Assembly: GCA_033442325.1 (NCBI GenBank)
Contig: JAWQFM010000003.1
Coordinates: 1,270,473-1,334,472 of the forward strand
DNA from: Salpingoeca rosetta
Taxonomy: Eukaryota > Protista > Choanoflagellata
DNA: 64,000 bases
Direction: 5' to 3'
A program made the position numbers and the translations under genes. The notes beneath the pieces are model-generated. The model saw only the letters and a list, made by a program, of their open reading frames with translations, did no database searches and was not told the DNA's origin. Shown here in pieces: positions 43,597-59,412 of this stretch (positions within the stretch are counted from its first letter, which is position 1; every line of letters begins with the position of its first letter).

Positions 43597-44654
43597 AATC
43601 ATGTCACAGCACAGACACAGCCCCCCCCCAGCGCATGTGTGGCTTACAGGGAGTAAAAGTAGGTTGTGGTGAGAGCCATGGTGCCGATGCATGCCACGAC
43701 GAGCTTGGCACGGGCAGCAGTGATGCGCCAGAATGGTGCAGCAGGGGACGCTTGAAGGAATAAGGGCAGGCTGTAGATGATGGGGTACAGCTTCAAGTGC
43801 ACGGCCAAGCCAAGTGCAGCGCCCGCAAGCACGTGGTGCTGCTTCTTGGCAGCGTACATGCACAGCATGACCACACAGAGGATCAGAGACTCTGCGTTTC
43901 CGCGTGTGGATACGCCGAGGGTGATTGGATTAAACAGCCACAGCAGGACCGGCAGCAGCCTTGCATCCCGCAAAACCCACAGCCACGCCAACAACGCCAA
44001 CTGTTGCTGTGAAGGCCCTGGTACCGGTGACGCCGGTGCGTCTGCTGTTGACAAGGCTCGTGCTTGCGCTGACGAAGCTGATTGTGCGGGTGGTGAATGC
44101 AGAGCATGGTTTCTCTGGTGGGGTTTGGGTTGCTGCGTAACGGTGACGTCGGCATCCTCCTTCTCCTTGCCATCCACAGTGCTGTGCTCTCCCTCGTCGT
44201 CGGGTGCGAGGTGGTAGATGAGCACACCGACAGCGATGTCAGCGCAGGAGAAGAGCAGCTTGCCAAATGGCCGCCAGAGCCAGATGTTGGGGAGGCACAG
44301 GAAGGCCAGCAGCGGCGTGTAGCGGTACGTGTGTCGGAGAAACGGGCTCTGGCCTAACCACACGTGCCGCGCGGCGTCGGTAAACACGTGGTAATCAACG
44401 TCCGTGTACTGCACCCTTCCTGGCCCACTGGTGGTGTGTTGAGCGGCATCGATCCCGCTGCCTCCAGCGCTGCCTTCGCTGTTGCCAGGCCTGGCAGGAT
44501 CCTTGCTGCCGTCTTCCCACACATACACGCTCACCAGGATCAGCGCCACCCTTGCCACCAAGGCCACTGCGCTCGCCATGCCAAGCACAGCACGCCTGCT
44601 GAGTGCGCCTTCCTTCCTCCTCAACCACAACACACCTTCCTTTCCACTCGCCAT
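42049..44654 (-). CDS. PIGM: GPI alpha-1,4-mannosyltransferase I, multi-exon
   Basis: YTDVDYHVFTDAA (DxD), SPFLRHTYRYTPLLA, STRGNAES, GLAVHLKLYPIIY, YLYHFSRGDIRHNFSVYFY, FVAFNKVFTSQ | YFLWFLPFL. The last exon (ending EKKVPL*, 42049) is less certain. Confidence 0.93.
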
Positions 44655-44935
44655 GACACTTTCAGCCAGCAAGTGAAGCGAGTGAGCCAGCTAGCCAGCA
44701 GGCCAGTGAGTTTGGGAGTGAGCCAGGCAGCCAGGCAGCGCGCCAGCCAGTGTGACTGCCTCGGCACTGTTGTGATGTGTCCGGTGCGCGCCCAAACCAA
44801 CAACAACAGAAACGGCTGAAAGAAGTGTCACTATCCACCGCACGGCCGCTTTGGAGAATTTGCTGTGCGAAACATGCGGTGGTGCGCATTTATTACACGC
44901 GAGCGAAACAAAAACAACAACAAGAGGGGACCACC

Positions 44936-47657
44936 ATGGAGCAGGCAGCGAAGAAGGCCAAGTCGGCTCCCACCAAAGCCAACGGCAACGGCCATGGGGA
45001 GCAACAGCACCAACAGCAGGAGCTGGTGAGCCACGAGAGTGTGGTGGTGGTGGTTACCGTGCTCGACGTGCTAGTTGAAAGCAGGGGTGGGGGGGGGGAC
45101 ACCGCACGGGCTTGTGTCCTTGCTCTCATGCTTTCTTTCTCTTTGAGTGACATGATGGTGATGTTGTTGTTGAAGGCGCACGTGGTTTCGCAATAGTTTT
45201 GGGGTGTCGGGTGTGGATGGGCATGGTTGGAGTGAAGGGCAGCCAGCCTCCACTGCTTTACTTCCATGCCACGGGTTATGGTTAGTGTTGTGTTTTGGTT
45301 AACGTTGCCTTCGTGACTGACACAAGACACAAACGCCATGTGCGGCTGTGGGTGACAGTGGCCTTCCGTGCGCGCCTCGTTCACAGCCATGAACACGGTC
45401 AACCCCATCCGCGACCTCGTGGACACGATGGATATCAAGGGCAACCCCGACAAGAGGATGATTGCCCTGTCCATTGGCGACCCCACCGTGTTTGGAAACC
45501 TTCCAAAGTCGCCGGCTTCCACCAACGCTGTTATAACAGCGCTCAAGTCTGGCAAGTGTGACGGTTACCCTCACTCTGCAGGTATAGCTTTTCGTGTTGG
45601 TGTGCGTGTTTGTTTGTTTGTTTGTTTGTTTGTTTGTTTGTTTGTTTGTTTGTTTGTTTGTTTGTTTGTTTGTTTGTTTGTTTGTTGTGTGTCTCAGTGT
45701 CTGCGTGCGTGCGTGTGTGTGCTTGCTGTTGTTTGCTGTTTGTTTGTTTGTTTGCTGTTTGCTTGAGCCTGCGCGCCTGCTTGCTTGCTGGGCTGCTCGT
45801 TTATGTTGTGAACTGGTCTGCTTGCTCGGCTTGCCCGCTCCTCACCTTCTTACCCCCTCCCCTTCTCCTACCTCCCTTGGTCAGGGTATCCTGCCAGTCG
45901 CAAGGCATTGGCTGAGTACTTCTCCACAGACGGCCTCAAGTATGACCTCGAGGTAAGCACATCTGCCAATGGCGTGTGCACGTGTGTATGTGTGCACGCA
46001 TGCTTTTGGGTGGATCTGAGAGTGTGTGCGCGCATGCCCTCTCTTGCCACCGCTGAGGTCGCTGCTGCCCATTGGCTTTCATGCACTCACATACACACGA
46101 TGCTGCTCCATTGGAATTCGTTGTTGTAGGACGTTGTCATTGCCAGCGGCTGCTCGGGCGCCCTTGACCTTGCTATTGAAGGTGCGGATCATCCCATCTT
46201 ATGAACGCCAAACATATATGTGAATTTTTGCGCCTGTCCATTCTTTCCGTACTTGTGTATGTGTGTGTGTCTGTCTGTGTCTTTCTGTTTGTGTGCTCTT
46301 TCATGTGTGTGGCTCGTGTGCACGACATGCATTCCTCACGTGTCCAACGCGACTTTGCAGTGTTCAACCGCGTTGGCGGGAACATGCTCATCCCAGAGCC
46401 GGGGTTTTCCCTGTACAAGACCCTTGGCATTGCCAAGGGGCTTGACATGCGCGCATACCAGCTCCTGGTACGTACCTTGCTCGTGCTGCGTGTGCTCTTT
46501 GCCCTGCGTTCTGTGGTTGCACGGGCACGTGCATCATCTTGGTGCCAACACAGCCTGTCTGTTGCGCACCCGGCTGTCATGCACACCCCACTGTTCCACA
46601 AGTAATACGCACGGGCGCAACTACCGTCCCCATACCCACTGCAGTGTCTGCTCACGCACGCACACACGCACACACACACACACCCCTTCCTCTCCCCGCC
46701 GCAACCGCCTATGCGCTTTCGCTGCTGGCATGTTCAGCCCGACAAGAGCTGGGAGATTGACCTTGCAGACATGGAGGCGAAGATTGATGAGAACACCCTC
46801 GCCATCATCGTCAACAACCCATCGAACCCTTGCGGATCCGTCTACTCTGAGGAGCACATCAAGGCTCTCATCGAAGGTACGTGTGTGTGTGTATGTTCCA
46901 GTTATTGGTGTTTCCATGCGTGCTCGTGATGATGTTCTTGCGTCTGTGTACATGCTCTCCCCCCCCCCTCTCTCGCCCACTCACCCTTGTGCTGTTTCGT
47001 ACGAACACGCGTTGCTCGCTTTGCCTGCAGTCGCTGCACGCCACAAGGTGCCCATCATTGCCGACGAGGTGTACGCCAACATGACCTTTGGTCGCAAGTT
47101 TGTGCCCCTCGCCAGCCTTGCCCACAACGTCAGTGCACTTTGCATCTTGCACTCAACAAGCTCTGCTTTGTCCTCTGCGATTGTTGTTGGCCAAGTGTCC
47201 ACACACCTGATGCATCCCTACTTCGACAACACCAACAGCAGCAGCAGCAACAACAACAACAGCATCCATCCATCCATCCACTGCTCGTTGCTTGTACTCA
47301 CGCTGCACTGCTGTGTACAGGTGCCTGTGCTGTCGTGCGGCGGGCTTGCCAAGCGCTTCCTTGTGCCAGGATGGCGCGTGGGCTGGGTGCTGATTCACGA
47401 CCCCGTCAACGCCTTCACAGAGAACGTTCGCCCTGGCCTCCTCAAGCTGACCCAGCACATTCTCGGTGCGTGCGTGCGTGCGGCTGAAAGGCGTGCTCTG
47501 GCAAGTGTGTTGCTATGCCATGGAGCATGCATGTGCGAAGGGAGGGGGTGGGTTGGTTGATGTTCTTCGCCGTCTTGACTTTGTGCTCACCTCACATGAG
47601 TTGTGCTGTGGTACTCCCACCCACGCTTTATGTCACCTCTGTGTGTGTGTTTGTGCG

Positions 47658-47740
<83 letters not shown>

Positions 47741-48497
47741 TGTCGCTATCGACAGGCGCCAACAGCTTGATGCAGGGTGCCATCCCGTCCATGCTCAAGG
47801 ACACCAAGCCTGAGTTCTTCTCTTCCGTACTCTCCCACCTCAAGGTATGTGATACCTGCTTCTTTGCCTGCACATCTGTTGTGTGTGTGTGTGTTTGTGC
47901 ACTCACTGTGGTTGTCTGCTTTTGTGCTCATGCAAAACTTTGACACCACCCTCGCCAATACACAACTGACAGGAGAACGCAGAGCTGGTGTGCAGTATGC
48001 TGGAGCAGGCACCCGGGCTGACCCCCATCATGCCCGCTGGCGCCATGTACCTTATGGTGAAGCTTGAGCCGAGCATGTACAAGGACATCAAGGACGACCG
48101 CGACTTTACGCAGAAGCTCATCACTGAACAGAGCGTCTTCTGCCTGCCGGCTTCAGTCTTTGGTTCGCCCAACTTTTTCAGGATTGTCACAACCATCCCA
48201 AAGGTGTGTGTGGGTGTGGGTGTGGGTGGGTGTGTGTGTGTGGGTGTGTGCGTGCGTGTGCGTGTGCGTGCGGTCGCGTGGTTGGGGTCGAGAGGGGGAA
48301 TGGTGGTGCCGTGCGGAGTTGTCTCCATGCAGGGTCAAAACTCCTTTCGCTTGGTCCTCGTCCTCCTCTTTACTCACGCGTTCTCCTCCCCGAACACACA
48401 CACACACACACACACACCATTTCTTGACCTGCAGGCACAGATGATGACTGCGATGGAGCGGATCATCGAGTTTGCAAAGGCGCATGCAGACCAGTAA
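44936..48497 (+). CDS. TAT: Tyrosine aminotransferase (class I PLP enzyme), about 12 exons
   Basis: [58 protein letters not shown]-lysine motif [33 protein letters not shown]; stop TAA at 48495-48497. Confidence 0.95.
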
Positions 48498-48821
48498 ACT
48501 GCCTCCCGGACTAGTTTGCACGACTTTCTTCTATCCACCCCGCTATTGGCCAGCAGTGTTGCGTTGGTGATCAGTGCTGTTCTGCAACCGTTTTGTCGCG
48601 TGACGGTGCCCTCGCCATGGGCGGTTCACACGCGTGTGCCGAGTGTCGCTTACTGTTTTGCTGCTTGTTCTTTTTGCTTTGAGGCTAGGCATACCCCCCC
48701 CACCACCACCTTCCTGTCCACTGTGTGCCGCTTGTCTTGAGTGCCGTGCTGGCCGGCTACACGTGATTTCCTCAAGTGGCTCTGAGACACACATCCCATC
48801 CCTGATGGACTGTCCTGGTCC

Positions 48822-48958
<137 letters not shown>

Positions 48959-49975
48959 CGTGTGTGCGTGCGTGCGTGCGTGTTGTGGGCCAGTAGGAGG
49001 GATATCCTTTGGTTGCCTAAGCCAGCTTCTTTACTTCTCTGTGTCTTGCCGTCGTCGTCGTCGTGTGCATGTGTGATTGTGTGATTGTGTGTGTGTGTGT
49101 GTGTGACTTATTTCAGCAAGCAAACAAAGGGGACAGAAGCAGTGGAAGCAGAACAAACACACACCATCACCGAGCAAGCAGCAATCGCAGCACCAGCAAC
49201 ATCAACAATCACACCACTGACCAGCCACAACACCAAAATGTGCCACATTTCACATGTTTGTGCATGACGTCATCGTTGTCCAATCGGTGAAAATTAGGTT
49301 GCGTCACCAGTCCACGTGTCTTCCTAATTGTTGTTCGTTGCCAAGTTTCGAGGTTTATCCATTCCGTTCACTGGCAGATATTCGTTTTGCGGGTGTTCAC
49401 GCAGCCTACACAACGACTAGACAACCTTTGGTCTGCAAACTGGGGCACCCAAAGAGCCGTGGGTGATGGGAACAAAGTCACGGCCAGAAGAGAAAGAAGT
49501 GTTGGGGGGGGGGGCAACAAGCAGCGAAAGTGTGTGGTGATGACAATGTGCACAAACTCGCGTATGGTCACGTGTCACTGATACCAAGCTTTGATGTGTA
49601 TTGCTTCTCGCTGGTGGATCACACGCGTCCCATGACAAGGCAGGGTGTACGTGCATGTGCATGTCCAGTGGCAGAATAACAGATGCAAGCACAAAACTAA
49701 CGGGGATGAGCAGGGGGCCATCGAGTGACGGGCGATTGCAAGTGCACGGGGCACACGCAATGGTGCTCGTGCAGCTGAGCTGAGCAGGGCACCCCTTGAG
49801 GCCTCCAGCTATGATGCATGAACAACGGCGTGCTTGCGGGGAGGAGGAGGAAGGTCAACGTGGAGGAAGTAGGGTCAGCAAACAGAGAACGGACGCGCAG
49901 GTGTGAAGAAGGACACGACACCCAGTTCAACAAACCAGCAGCACAACACACACACACACACAACACACAACACAC

Positions 49976-50010
<35 letters not shown>

Positions 50011-50163
50011 GCACACACATGGCCTCATCAAGACTTCGCTATGGGCAGGGAAGCAAACTTAAAGGGAGTCAGCAATAACTCAGAGAAAGGGAAAGTCGGC
50101 CGACTGAAGGGCAGCTGGCTGGTGCGTAAACACAGCAGCACAGAAAAACACCCCCCCCCCCCC

Positions 50164-50252
<89 letters not shown>

Positions 50253-50256
50253 ACAG

Positions 50257-53049
<2,793 letters not shown>

Positions 53050-53555
53050 CCGTGCAGCAAGGGAAAAGCAGGCCAAGACGGGGTTGTGTGCTGCCGGCGC
53101 AAACAGCGACAATGGCGCGTTTCGGCTGTGCCTGCAGGCAACTTAAATTGAACCAAACCAACAAGCCAAACCGATGAAAGTGGCTGCTTGGCTGTCGTTG
53201 TTTTGTGAGGGAGGGGGGGGGGTTGGGCTCGTAGTTTGAGGGCAAGGATCGCGAGTGCGTCACCGGGGAGAGGAGCTGGACCGAAGGTCAAGCAGCCAAA
53301 TCACGACGGCCAGATGCGGTTGATGGAGGAAGTGTCACAGGGGAGATGTGGGCAAAGTGCGTCAAGAAGGGGGCAGTATGGGGTGAGCAGGCACGCGCGT
53401 AGATCCAGCCACGAACAGACGATGAATGGAGAAGTGTGTTGTTGCGTTGTGTGCTTGTGGTGACAGGAATGGAGAGTGGGTCAGCTGTGGGAATATGCGC
53501 TGGCTGGCTGCTGGCGTGAAAGGAATGGCACACAAGATGGTGCACATAGGCAAAG

Positions 53556-53558
<3 letters not shown>

Positions 53559-53644
<86 letters not shown>
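53559..53644 (+). repeat. (GA)n microsatellite upstream of the zinc-finger gene
   Basis: About 85 bp of perfect GA repeat, the only long one in the window. Confidence 0.95.
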
Positions 53645-53648
<4 letters not shown>

Positions 53649-56027
53649 AGGCGGTGGTGTTGTGGGGAGAGGCGAGAGGGTTGAGCCCACAACAACAACA
53701 ACAACAACAGCACCCGCAAGCAAGCGACAGAGGAGGAACAACAGCGGGAGGACAAGGCTGTTGACACACGCGTCACAGCGTGGAATGAAGGTGGAACACA
53801 AGAGGGGGGAAGTGCAGTGAAAGTGAGACAAAGGAAATCATCAACACAGCGTGCGGAGGTTGAGCCTTGGTTGGAATGGAACCGGCAGACAAGCGGGTCG
53901 TAAGCAAGCAGGGAAGGCAAGGGTAGGCAGTAATCACAAGAAAACCAAAGGGGGAGCATGCAAGCGCGTAAAATGAATGAGGGTGCTGGGCCGGAGTGAT
54001 GTGCTCGGACAAGGTCGAGCTGACGACCGGCAGTAAGCAAGCGAGTGAGCAAGCAAAGCAAAGGAAGCGCAGAATCAGCTGTGGTAACACAACTCCCAAC
54101 GCCCAACCAACGTGGTTGTGTGTGAGTTGAAACCGAAACCAAAATCCGCAGTGTGGCAAGGACAAAGTGGCACACAACAACGGAAGTGGCGCGCGTTGGC
54201 GGCGGTCAACCCAGCCAGCCTAGCAAGCAAGCGAAACAGAGGAGGGGGGGGAGAAGCGAGGCAAGACACTCTCAAGAAAAAACTGGAGGAGGTAAGTGGG
54301 GTGATGGTGATTGAGGGGAGAGGGGGACAACCAGCAGCCATACACTTCCAACGACGTGTTTGCTTGTGCATCCGGGTGCGTGTGTGTTTAGTCGGTGTGA
54401 TTCAAGGCAAGGCCGGAGATGGCGCAAGGCAACACGCGCGTTTCTGCGTTTGGAGTGGCCTTGCCACGGCGACATGTGGGATGCGTACCTTGTTTTGATG
54501 ATGGTGCCTTGTTTTGTTTGGCACTGTTGTGGTCTTGTGACAGTTGTCAGGGAGCTCGGCAAGTGTCTGCGTCGTGAGATCTGATGATGAAAGAGGAGGG
54601 GGGGACAACAAGAAGACAAGGCAAGACTGCAGCAGGAGCACCAAGGGGAGAAATGGCAATTCAGTGGCGGGTTGACGTTTCCGTTTGTATGTGAGAACGT
54701 CAAAGGATATCGTTGTTGTTGTGTGGTGCGATTGGGGGGTTGTGTCATGCGTGGCAGGGGTGCAGGGGTGGCTCGTGTTTTGTTACGGTTTCTCTCAGCA
54801 GGCTCTCTCAGAGCAAATGTATCGTCTTCGTTTGTTTGGAGGCGTTTGAGACGTGGCATGTGGTGTGATGATGATGTGACAAAAGACGTTGTGACATGAC
54901 ACATTGTGCTGTAGTGATGCGAGGGGGTTGAAGACGTGGCAGCAACAACAAACAAAAAAGGATGGACATGCAACGACCCAGCGCCAACCCACCAACCAAC
55001 CCACCAGTTCAAGGCAGCGCTGTCTATCGTCACTGCCCCAGGTGCATCAATGCTGTCAGGCAGGACCCTGGTCTCGCTGTGTGCTGTTGGATGAAACGTG
55101 CTGCTGCTGTTGTTGTTGTTGTTGTAGTTGGTGGCGGCGCAAAGGCAATGGGCGCTCCTTCTTGTTGGATTGCTGTGGACGCTCGCTCGCACGCTCGTGC
55201 TGTTGTTGTCGCCACCAGGAAGCGTGCTCGCCCTTTTTGGTTGCTTGGTTGCTTTGCGTCAAGAAGCCTGGGTCGTCACGTCTTTTCTGCTTGCTTCTTG
55301 GAATCCACTCGTGCACGCCGCATGGCAGTTGACGCGCTTGAGGTGCGATTGATTGCTTCGCAGCCTCACTTTTGCTTCGCTACTTCCTTGCTGCTGTCCA
55401 GCCTAACCGATGACGCCCAAATAATCGCACCGCTCGCTTCTCGCGACGTCGGATGGTGGCCTTCGAGACACCCTTCTCCTGCTTCGGTGGCGTACGATCG
55501 GGGCAAAACTCACCGCCGAGCAAAACACGAAAGGACAAAAGAACAAAGCCAACCCCAAACACGCTGACGTGGGTGACCACCCAACACAACAGAAACAAAA
55601 CAAACAAGGGAGAATTTGCTGGAGACGGTTGTCGCGACGCAGCAAGTAACGTGGGCATGGGAGCTGTGGGAACACGCGTAAACGCTATGTCCAAATCCGG
55701 TGGAGAGCAGGAGAGCAAAGCAGGCACAACACATTACTCGTGGTTTCCAGCGTCGCGGGGCACTTTTGACCCGTGTGCTAGGCTCAAAAGTACACGCGGG
55801 ACATGGGAGCGAAGTAACACACGTGTGTCATGACATGCGGCACAAGAATCAAGCAATGTCGCAAACAACACAAAACAAAACACACAGGCACACAAAATGC
55901 GCAGCCCTGCCTAAACGCCGGATGCGGCGTGGGAACTTGCAATCCCCAAAGTGTCAAGGCGCGATATCGCCAACATGGATGAATGTTTCGACTGAATTCA
56001 GTACTTTGTATTTCATGCTGTCGCGCA

Positions 56028-56100
56028 ATGGTCCGCTTCAAGTCGAGGTGTGTGTCTGTCTGTGTGTGTGTGTGTGTGTCTGTGTGAGTGTGTGTGTGTG

Positions 56101-56136
<36 letters not shown>

Positions 56137-56197
56137 TGTGTGTCTGTGTGTGTCTGTGTGTCTGTGTGCTTGTGTGTGTGTCTGTGTGCTTGTGTGT

Positions 56198-56228
<31 letters not shown>

Positions 56229-56230
56229 CT

Positions 56231-56276
<46 letters not shown>

Positions 56277-57526
56277 TGTGTGTGTGTGTGTGTGTGTGTG
56301 TTTGTGTTCCTTTTTGAAAAGTCCACCAAGTCCACTCATGATCACGCATGTGCCCACACGATCCCATTGCTTGAGCAGGTACTTTTTGGTCTCCATCCAT
56401 CCACAGCAGTCGTCCAAGCCGTGGAAGCCGTTTACCGGCAAGAAGTACGCGCTTGCTTTGCTTTGCTTTCCTTTGACTCCTGGTTGTTGTTGTTGTTGAA
56501 TTGTGCTTGCTTCCTATATCTGAGCGTCACGTTCCGTGCACTGTTCCGTGCACTGTTTGGTGCACTGTTTGGTGCGCTGTTCCGTGCATTCGCACCAACC
56601 CACACACACGCACACACGCACACACGCACGCACGTACACACTGACACACTCCCCACCACACACACCCTTCTCGGTTTCAGGTTGCTGTTTGCGTTGAGAG
56701 CTGCTGTTAGCAAGTACTTTGGTGACTTCGGCGTTGGATCGCTGCTCCAAACACTCGCAGGTGCGTGCTCATTGCACTTTTGAAACCCGTTCATTGTCTC
56801 GATGACCGTGTGTCTGCTGGTTGGACGGTGCATCTTGCTTCACACTCTCGCTGCCCTGCCTCACCATGTAAACAGTGTTGTACACATCTCCCTCCCACAT
56901 GCTCCCTCCCACATGCTCTCTCCCGGCGCCCTTGTTCTCCTCCTCTCGCAACACACAACCTCGCCTCCTCCCCCCGCTCATTCTGTGTGATGCCTCGCTG
57001 ACGTTCACAGTCAAGTATTACTGCGATCGCACGCGCCACTGCATTGTGCGCTGCTGCCGTGAGCACATGGACATCTTGTCCACCACACTCACCCTCATCA
57101 CCTCCCTCAACGGATCCGCGTGCTCCCTGCAAATCCACCACGCCGCAGGTGCGCCGTTCACACCATTCTACATGCAACTGGTCGCTTCGTTGCTATGCGT
57201 TGCCTCCTACCGCCAGCAGTGCTTCTCACGCCATCCAATGCACCACAAACACACACACACACACATGCGTGCAGGGACGATTCGCTCGTGCCAGCGTGCG
57301 CTTGTGAAATTCAACGCTTCGCAACTGAAATCGCTCCTCGCCACGTGCACCCCTACAGGTTGGATGGACAAGCGCTGTCACTGCATCGCATTCTCACGTT
57401 GCTGCTCTGTGTGTCTGTGTCTGCCCACATGTGTGTGTGTATGTGTCTATGTGTTTCTACTGTCTTTCCGCCCCTTCCTTTCCTCCCCTGTCTCTGTCGC
57501 TCTCGCGCTCCTTTCACACTCTCTGT

Positions 57527-57557
<31 letters not shown>

Positions 57558-57675
57558 TTATAAGGTAGTAGATTCGTATGTGTGCTCAGACGACAGACCT
57601 CTTAGAGCCGTAAGGGGTGATTGTATCCAGACCAGTAACCGACTTTCCGTCCTAATTGATACAGCGCCTGTCTAA
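56028..57675 (+). CDS. POP5: RNase P/MRP protein subunit POP5, 5 clear exons; last exon uncertain
   Basis: MVRFKSR | YFLV.. | LRAAVSKYFGDFGVG | VKYYCDRTRHCIVRCCRE..LITSL | GTIRSCQRALVKFN..LLATCTPT (ends 57358). A phase-compatible terminal exon at ~57590-57675 lies in compositionally atypical sequence. Confidence 0.85.
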
Positions 57676-57916
57676 GACTGCAAAAATTGAGTCTCGCGTA
57701 CGGATGGTACCCCCCGGACAAATCTATATTCACTAACGTCTCGAGTGAAACAAAGTCCTAAAAGTAGCGGGCTCCCAAGAATCATTTAAGACTATGACTG
57801 TGATACATTCACACTCACACACATACACACACACTCAAACTGCACATTCACACACACACACACATTCACACACGACATACCATCACACTCACACATACAT
57901 CCCCCGACAATGGCAG

Positions 57917-58126
57917 GATCCCAGCCCAATGAGGAGACGCGAGCCAAGCAGTTGGGAGGCGTGGAAGCAGCTGGTGATTGCATATGCGCAGGCCAAGCGA
58001 CTGAACCACCTGGTTGTGAGCCAGTGTGCATCCATGGATCTCTTCAACAACAAGCAGCTTAACCGCGCCCTCAGCACAGACGCCATCGTCACCGTCCTCG
58101 ACTTTATGCAGCAGTCCGGTGCGTGC

Positions 58127-58176
<50 letters not shown>

Positions 58177-58875
58177 GTGTGTGTGTGTGCGTGCGTGCGT
58201 GTGTGTGTGTGTGTGTGCGTGTGTTTATGTAAGAGCCAATGTGCATGCGTCAAGCAGTTCTACGAGCGTGTGCACCTGTGCGTGTTTCCAAACGTGGTGC
58301 GCATGTTATTGGTTATCATCTTGCGCAATTGCTTGTTACACCGTGGTGTTCCTCATTCGTCGTTGCGCACGGCAACAGGCCACGTTGAGTGGAAGGACGC
58401 ATCCAAGACTGAGTGCGCCGTCTTCTGGCAAAGTCCAAAGCAATGGGGAGGCATCATCTACAAATGGGTGCGTGCATGTGCACGTGTGTGCGGATTTATG
58501 TGTTTGTGTTAATGTGTTGATGTATGCATGGGCCTGCATGGGCCTGCATGGGCCTGTGCACACATGTTTGCTATCGCGGCGCTTGCTCCACTGTTGTCTC
58601 CTTGTCTCATCGTGTCTCTGCTGCTCATCTTTGTGGTGCTGGCGTGTGTGATTGCTCTGCGGCTTCAGGCGGTGGACACGGGCAACACGGACACGGTGTG
58701 CACGTTCTTTGAGTTGCTGGAGGGCGAGACGGGCGAGGGTCAGGAGTTTCACAACATGGACAGGCACGTGTTCAAGCGCGCATTGCAGCAGCTGCAAAAG
58801 GAAGGCAAAGCGGAGGTGTTTTCGTCCGGCGACGAAGCCGACGACACAGATGGCGTCAAGTTCTTCATGCAGTAA
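57917..58875 (+). CDS. VPS25: ESCRT-II subunit VPS25; first exon not found, two apparent 1-bp insertions in exon 2
   Basis: IQPNEETRAKQL-EAWKQLV..LFNNKQLNRALS | GHVEWKDASK..FWQSPKQWGGIIYKW | TVCTFFELLEGE..EFHNMD..RALQQLQKEGKAE..GVKFF MQ* (TAA 58873-58875). Confidence 0.9.
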
Positions 58876-59213
58876 ACACACACATGTACACACGTACATC
58901 CACACATGCATAAGTACACACGTATACACTGCTGCTGTTGACGTGACGCGAGGCAAGCGGTCGGACCAGGGTGGGTGTGAGAAAGCAGTGTGCCGAGAGC
59001 AGTGTGCCCTTGCAAGCGCATGCACACACGCACGCTGTCCATTCATAGAATTTGTGTTGTTTAATGTAAACATGGTACACTATCCTAGAGGCAAGGGAAA
59101 TAAGCTGTGGGGAAGGACATGGTAACAGCCAGCAACTGCAATGGCAAGTGGAGAACGAGGATGGGGAGAGTCAGAGACACACAGACACACACATCCACAG
59201 ACACAGACACATC

Positions 59214-59249
<36 letters not shown>

Positions 59250-59251
59250 CG

Positions 59252-59311
<60 letters not shown>

Positions 59312-59412
59312 GACACACACATACAGACACATACAGAAACATCCACATGCACACAGACAAACACGTCTACACACACACAGACACACACACACACACAGAA
59401 GCAATGTATACA

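Noticed and set aside
49537-49581. Possible C/D box snoRNA (GTGATGA...CTGA)
   Set aside because: Only about 45 nt, no convincing terminal stem or recognisable rRNA guide; such motifs occur by chance.
57917-57960. Programmed frameshift or pseudogenisation of VPS25
   Set aside because: Both extra bases extend short homopolymers next to the suspect block; downstream exons are intact.
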